The position numbers and the translations under genes were made by a program. Source: Candidatus Latescibacterota bacterium (lineage in GTDB: Bacteria; Latescibacterota; CBDEFO01). Taken from it: 64,000 nucleotides of DNA. Below the pieces are notes generated by a model. That model was not told the DNA's origin. It made no database searches and saw only the letters and a list, made by a program, of their open reading frames with translations. Below are positions 60,501-64,000 of this stretch, one piece after another. The DNA is taken from assembly GCA_965237525.1 (NCBI GenBank), contig CBDEFO010000008.1, positions 1,472,001 to 1,536,000 of the forward strand, in the 5' to 3' direction. Position 1 is the stretch's first letter; each line of letters opens with the position of its first letter.

Positions 60501-61002
60501 GTTCAGACTGGAGAAAGCTCATGTCGAAATCGGAGTTATAGGCGACGATGACACAATCATCAATAAATTTGAGGAAATCAGGAAGGACGCGCTCAATTGA
60601 AGGAGCATCTTTCAACATGTCGGGGGTGATCTGGTTTGCATCAAAGGCCTCTTGAGAGATAGGCCTTCCTGGATCGATCAACGCCTCAAACTGATCGATC
60701 TCCTGATCCTTGTGGAGTTTGACCGCGCCAATTTCACATATTCTATCACCTGAATAGGCGTCCAGTCCTGTCGTCTCCACGTCCAGGATTACAAATTCGG
60801 TATCGTCTATCGCGCGGGCTGTCTCTGGGGGAATCCCCGATAGATTGGATCGGGGACCGGAGGAAGAGACGAGATGGCTGAACTTGTCCTCAATCTCGCT
60901 CGATTCAACCTTTACGGCTCCTACCTCTATGATCTCAGATTCCTGCGGGTTCAGGCCGGTGGTATTGATGCTCAGGGCGACGAATGTATCGAGTATGGAC
61001 AT
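57508..61002 (-). CDS. dinG: DinG-family helicase fused to DEDDh 3'-5' exonuclease domains
   Basis: Q motif GYERRDQQ; GTGTGKS; KGRSNYIC plus a Cys cluster; DEAH; TSAT; FWEGIDVPG; QGFGRLIR; N-terminal LDVETTG...HRALPDA. Confidence 0.92.
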   Translation of the reverse strand: MSILDTFVALSINTTGLNPQESEIIEVGAVKVESSEIEDKFSHLVSSSGPRSNLSGIPPETARAIDDTEFVILDVETTGLDAYSGDRICEIGAVKLHKDQEIDQFEALIDPGRPISQEAFDANQITPDMLKDAPSIERVLPDFLKFIDDCVIVAYNSDFDMSFLQSELKLSGYEALNNTVIDLMALAKRLMPQTRRTPLWKVARSLGIPAENLHRALPDAEVTLKVFLHFLSVLKADGAKTVEDITLALNPPSDFKRDVRRKSRLTGISYDDIKGAPHLSVVLDDLKLFADGLPIVSHNARFVMSFLDKYRFDCRFDQPFSDSLELSKALFPTVTDHRVPTLVQFFGLDSEGSKRALDNAEVTASIFMGLVDKLKDTEFEIVKKMLQMIAGTDSSLKEIFSESLNRSAKDVLSRAITTEGRRPDRKGNAEDLKVLFNIGGISTDRGSLEADPDLDPLDSEDVEEIFKEEGPLSQAIEGYERRDQQVEMSQAVADALNNSSFLAAESGTGTGKSMAYLIPAIFWAVSNGKRVVVSTNTKNLQEQLFYKDIPLLDRILDVPFRYCLLKGRSNYICLNRWYKALDRIESSFTDYERKAALPLILWAEETETGDIAENTAFQAWRFPTLWNKICSDGAFCKAQTCRFGRRCFATNIRREALRSHVVVVNHSLLFSDMVSENAVLSEYEDVIFDEAHNVEKVATQYLGRELDIWRVRNLCDRFYQKEKNETGTMVSLRDGLRTADLQDQELRAYDFKIDRIIEANASFRKTAQDIFKDMAQKIGDEKRTDTYTEKIRYKKAYNIFEALQEELDGFADSGYFLKSEISQLLNWLKELPGDSFPAQEELTQESEGRRAELNEILDDLDFLLKAEDEAFVYWLELPNKKDSFNVKMCSAPLDIASLLQEQLYEGLNTAIFTSATIAIRGKFKYFLERLGIEKMEEDRVKTFCVSSPFDYDRQTLVCIPSFLPSPKDSSLYQERTSQLLRDLFTKVKRGALVLFTSYGMLNKMYNDLKDPLDHEGVRLLGQGISGARSNITERFKEDKSSVLLGTDSFWEGIDVPGEALQILVLTRLPFAVPTEPIVEAHIEEFEKKGKDPFRYYSIPEAAIRFRQGFGRLIRNKDDKGVIVILDNRVIKTWYGRVFLDLLPTKYRVFDSQEDIVEKVCEWFV

Positions 61003-61132
61003 TATGAGCTATCGTTCAAAAGTATTCGTATCATCTATCGTATTTTCAATCTCTTATTCCGCAGAATGTTCTTCGGTAGAACAGACATTCTTGTCTGTTC
61101 CTTTTGGAGGGCCCGCAACTTGATCTGAAAAG

Positions 61133-62734
61133 CTATACCTCGATGTCATCCACCTGACTCGGATCCATTTCGTTTTTTGCGTACTCCTGAAAGACATGTT
61201 CTTTCAAGGAGAGCTCGACCAGATCCTTATCGATGTGATTGTCCTTGACCATAAACCCGATAATACGCATGGCCTCGGAGAGCTTCTTGGCCTTCTTGTA
61301 CGGTCTGTCCCCGGCTGTTAGCGCTTCGAAGACATCTGCTACTGCTATAATCCGAGCCTCGAGCGGGAGCTGTTCTGCTGTAAGTCCTAAAGGATAGCCT
61401 GTCCCGTCTAAACGCTCGTGGTGTCCTCCCGCGTATTCGGTAACGTTCTTCAGCTTTTTGGGGAACGGGAGTTGGGAGAGCATCTTAATGCTCACCGGGG
61501 CGTGATTTTCGATAATCTTCCTCTCCTCATCCGTCAGAGTCCCAAACCCCCGTATCGAAAGGTTGTGCAATTCGTCCTCTGTAAGGAGATGCTCCCTCTT
61601 TCCATTAGATTTGTAAGTCTTCTTTGCGATAGTCTCAAGCTTCTGGATATTCTCCTCCTCCATAAACTCAGCAACCTTGTTGCATTCTAAGATAAAATCT
61701 ATCTCCTCTTGTGTCTCCCTCAGTCTCCTTTTCAAATCTCGCCCGCTCTTTTTCAGCTCATCAGGATCTTTTTTGCCCTTCAACACAAGATCCAGTTTTG
61801 CCTTTAGGGCCTTAATTTCCAAATCCCGCTTGAGAATCTCATAGCGCGTCTTAACCATCTCCACCCTGTCGAATATAGTCGCAAGCTTGGTAGCCTTATC
61901 CACAACATACTCAGGCGTTGTGATCTTGCCTACGTCGTGCATCCACGCCGCGACCCTTAGCTCGTTCATCTGATCGGGGGTAAAGTGAACATTTTGATAA
62001 GGTCCATCTTTAACATCGTTTACCCTTTGGGCTATCGCCATCGTCAACTCAGCGACCCTGCTTATGTGCCCTGCGGTATAGGCGGATTTTTCATCTATAG
62101 CCGTCGCGATAGATCTTATAAAGGCATCAAAGAGGTTCATCAGTTCTTGGATAAGCTCTGCGTTGGTAATCGCCACAGCCGCCTGGGAAGCCAACGACGA
62201 AATTAAATCCTCAAGGTCACTTGAAAAAGGAACAAGTTCCTCTGTATCGGGGTTCTTTGCGTTGAGGAGTTGAAGCACTCCGATAATGTCATCTTCATGA
62301 TTCCTCATAGGCATAACGAGCATCGACTTAGATCTGTAGCCGGAGCTCTGGTCAAAATTCCTTGTCCCTGTAAAATCGAAACCTTCCGCTTCGTAGACGT
62401 CCGGAATATTGACCGCTTCACCTGTGTTTGCCACATTCGCAGACACGTGCGACTCGTTGGGCTTCCCTTCTATGTAAAGCGGCACAGGCGGCCAGGTTAT
62501 CTCCTGTCCGCTTGTGCCTCCCATCCTCGTGTTCAGAGTGTCGTTCTGAAGAATCTCGAACTTAAGGTCCTTCTCCTGAACCAGGTGGAGGGTTCCCCCA
62601 TCCGCGTTCGTAAAGTCCCTCGCATTATCCACGATCATCTCCAAAAGCCTGTTCAGATTCCGTTCGCCAGAGAGGGCGATTCCGACCTGGTTCAACCTCT
62701 CTACCATCTTTTGAAGGTCTATATTGTCAGCCAT
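61133..62734 (-). CDS. GAF + HD-GYP cyclic dinucleotide phosphodiesterase
   Basis: GAF: GYRSKSMLVMPM...GVLQLLN; HDVGK; HHERLDGTGYP; ADVFEALT. Confidence 0.92.
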   Translation of the reverse strand: MADNIDLQKMVERLNQVGIALSGERNLNRLLEMIVDNARDFTNADGGTLHLVQEKDLKFEILQNDTLNTRMGGTSGQEITWPPVPLYIEGKPNESHVSANVANTGEAVNIPDVYEAEGFDFTGTRNFDQSSGYRSKSMLVMPMRNHEDDIIGVLQLLNAKNPDTEELVPFSSDLEDLISSLASQAAVAITNAELIQELMNLFDAFIRSIATAIDEKSAYTAGHISRVAELTMAIAQRVNDVKDGPYQNVHFTPDQMNELRVAAWMHDVGKITTPEYVVDKATKLATIFDRVEMVKTRYEILKRDLEIKALKAKLDLVLKGKKDPDELKKSGRDLKRRLRETQEEIDFILECNKVAEFMEEENIQKLETIAKKTYKSNGKREHLLTEDELHNLSIRGFGTLTDEERKIIENHAPVSIKMLSQLPFPKKLKNVTEYAGGHHERLDGTGYPLGLTAEQLPLEARIIAVADVFEALTAGDRPYKKAKKLSEAMRIIGFMVKDNHIDKDLVELSLKEHVFQEYAKNEMDPSQVDDIEV

Positions 62735-63050
62735 GTAGGTCACCTCTTAAAAGTTGGCTGTAATGCTCAAGGCGTAAAACCTTACGGAAGTCCAAAAACA
62801 TTCCTTCTCAAAGACTGTAGTTTTGACTTAAACGTTCGTCCATCGCTACTTCTGGGTTGGAGCGCAATAATACAGAAGATAGCATCGGCTTTCTGCTTAT
62901 GAAGATATAACAAAACTCTCGTGTTTGCAAGGGCTTTGTGCATGGTCGAACAGAAAATCTATCTTTAAGTGATAGAAACCACTGCAATTACAGGAAGAGT
63001 AGGCTATACTATAGATTAGGTTATACTATTAAGGAATATAAGGGGAAAGC

Positions 63051-63090
63051 AAAAACAGGGCTGTTTGAAGACGCGAGGTCTTAAACAGCC
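63051..63090 (-). terminator. Intrinsic terminator
   Basis: Minus strand: GGCTGTTTAAGAC-ctcgc-GTCTTCAAACAGCC, then CTGTTTTT. Confidence 0.7.
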
Positions 63091-63156
63091 TTGAGCAGCT
63101 ACCTTGTCCAAGGAGCGCTCCCCAATGCTCCTCTGGACCACTTTCGCAGCAAGCGT

Positions 63157-63185
63157 AATGTATGAAAATTATTAACGAATGTCAA
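63157..63185 (-). promoter_or_regulatory. Sigma70-type promoter
   Basis: Minus strand: TTGACA-17 bp-TACATT. Confidence 0.5.
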
Positions 63186-63211
63186 GGGTAGAATTTGAAG
63201 ATGACAAACTT

Positions 63212-64000
63212 TGTCGGGTAAAGGCACATGGTATCCACCCTTGATAAAGATAGAGAGAAGAGAGTCAAGTATCAAGACTGGGAAGTTAAAAAGTTGAGGG
63301 TCGAGGTTTTCTGTGGGTGTATGTTCGGTTGCTATGTGCAGAGGGGTTTTGGATTCTTTGTAGGTATTATGTCTTTGGGTATTGAACAACCATTGATAGG
63401 TTTGGAGTTTCCGGCAGAGGTTGGCACAGTTGGTAATCTTGACGGTGTCGTAGAATTCGTATTCGATTAGGCCGTGGGCGCGTTCTACATCGGATTGGTA
63501 TGTAGTAGCCCCTGGTGGGATGCGTTTATGTTCTATGCCTCTTTGTTGGATGAGGTCGGTAAAGAGGGTCTTTTTGAGGGCATCCTTTGTATTGACGACT
63601 TCTGTTCCGTTGTCGGTCTGGATCTTTCGTGGATAGACCTTGTGGTCTTCCAGGTGTTGGAGTAATGCTTCGGCGAAGATGCAGTAGTTGATCAGGCTCT
63701 GTTCGTCTGCCAGGCTTACAAAGAGACCGCCTGTCTTGATATCTCTGGCAGTATACTCAAACATAGGGAGTTGGGCACCTGTTTTGTAGTGTTGTTTCAG
63801 GTAGTTGGGGATATCGCACAGATGTTTGACATCGATCTGGATATATTCAAAGGGGCGTAGTTTCTTTTTCCACTGGCAGACAAGTTTCTTTCTCTTCCAT
63901 CTTCGCCTGCGTTTCTTTATGAGATTGTGTTTTTTCCAGATAGCATAGGCAGTCGGCTTGGAGGGGATTTGATCAGTGGGAACATTCTGTTTTTGGAGAA
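63212..64000 (-). mobile_element. IS481-family element, 5' part beyond the window
   Basis: Frame open from 63998 to 63099: IQIDVK, IQTDNGTE, QSDVERAHG (DDE). Probable end TGTCGGGTAA at 63212. Confidence 0.8.

Noticed and set aside
3675..62902. Numerous short ORFs overlapping recognised genes
   Set aside because: They are antisense or alternate-frame shadows with no motifs or RBS.
63091..63150. tRNA, SAM-I or c-di-GMP-I riboswitch
   Set aside because: There is no cloverleaf or T-loop, and only fragments of the riboswitch consensus; kept as an unclassified candidate RNA.

Overview
A 64-kb bacterial chromosomal window. FG-GAP propellers with EF-hand/dockerin-like and FlgD-type tails, DUF6785/6784-like membrane proteins and multiple aldo/keto reductases suggest a Latescibacterota/FCB-like organism (inference only). 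The left half (1-32 kb) is a plastic region. It holds an IS481-like transposase, two FG-GAP proteins, a REP-associated tyrosine transposase with several families of short palindromes, a duplicated aldo/keto reductase, three nested IS1182-family copies abutting thiG-thiE, and a Dual-OB + 2x DUF488 operon. It also holds a collapsed integron that the ORF track does not reveal (four cassettes, attC remnants, two attI-like copies, an IntI C-terminal relic) next to an S9 peptidase, and three mosaic DUF6785-like membrane paralogues. The right half is mostly metabolic: PhyH dioxygenase, SAF oxidoreductase, YqeC, UbiE- and UbiA-like genes, an extended SUF Fe-S operon with two U-type proteins, ferredoxin and a 2-oxoacid:ferredoxin oxidoreductase. 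It ends with a 4x-repeat membrane protein, a PfkB-like protein, a DinG helicase carrying an intact DEDDh exonuclease nested inside a dead one, a GAF-HD-GYP protein, a candidate small RNA and a second IS481-like element. No rRNA, tRNA or CRISPR array was seen. All family calls come from motif recognition by eye, not database searches.
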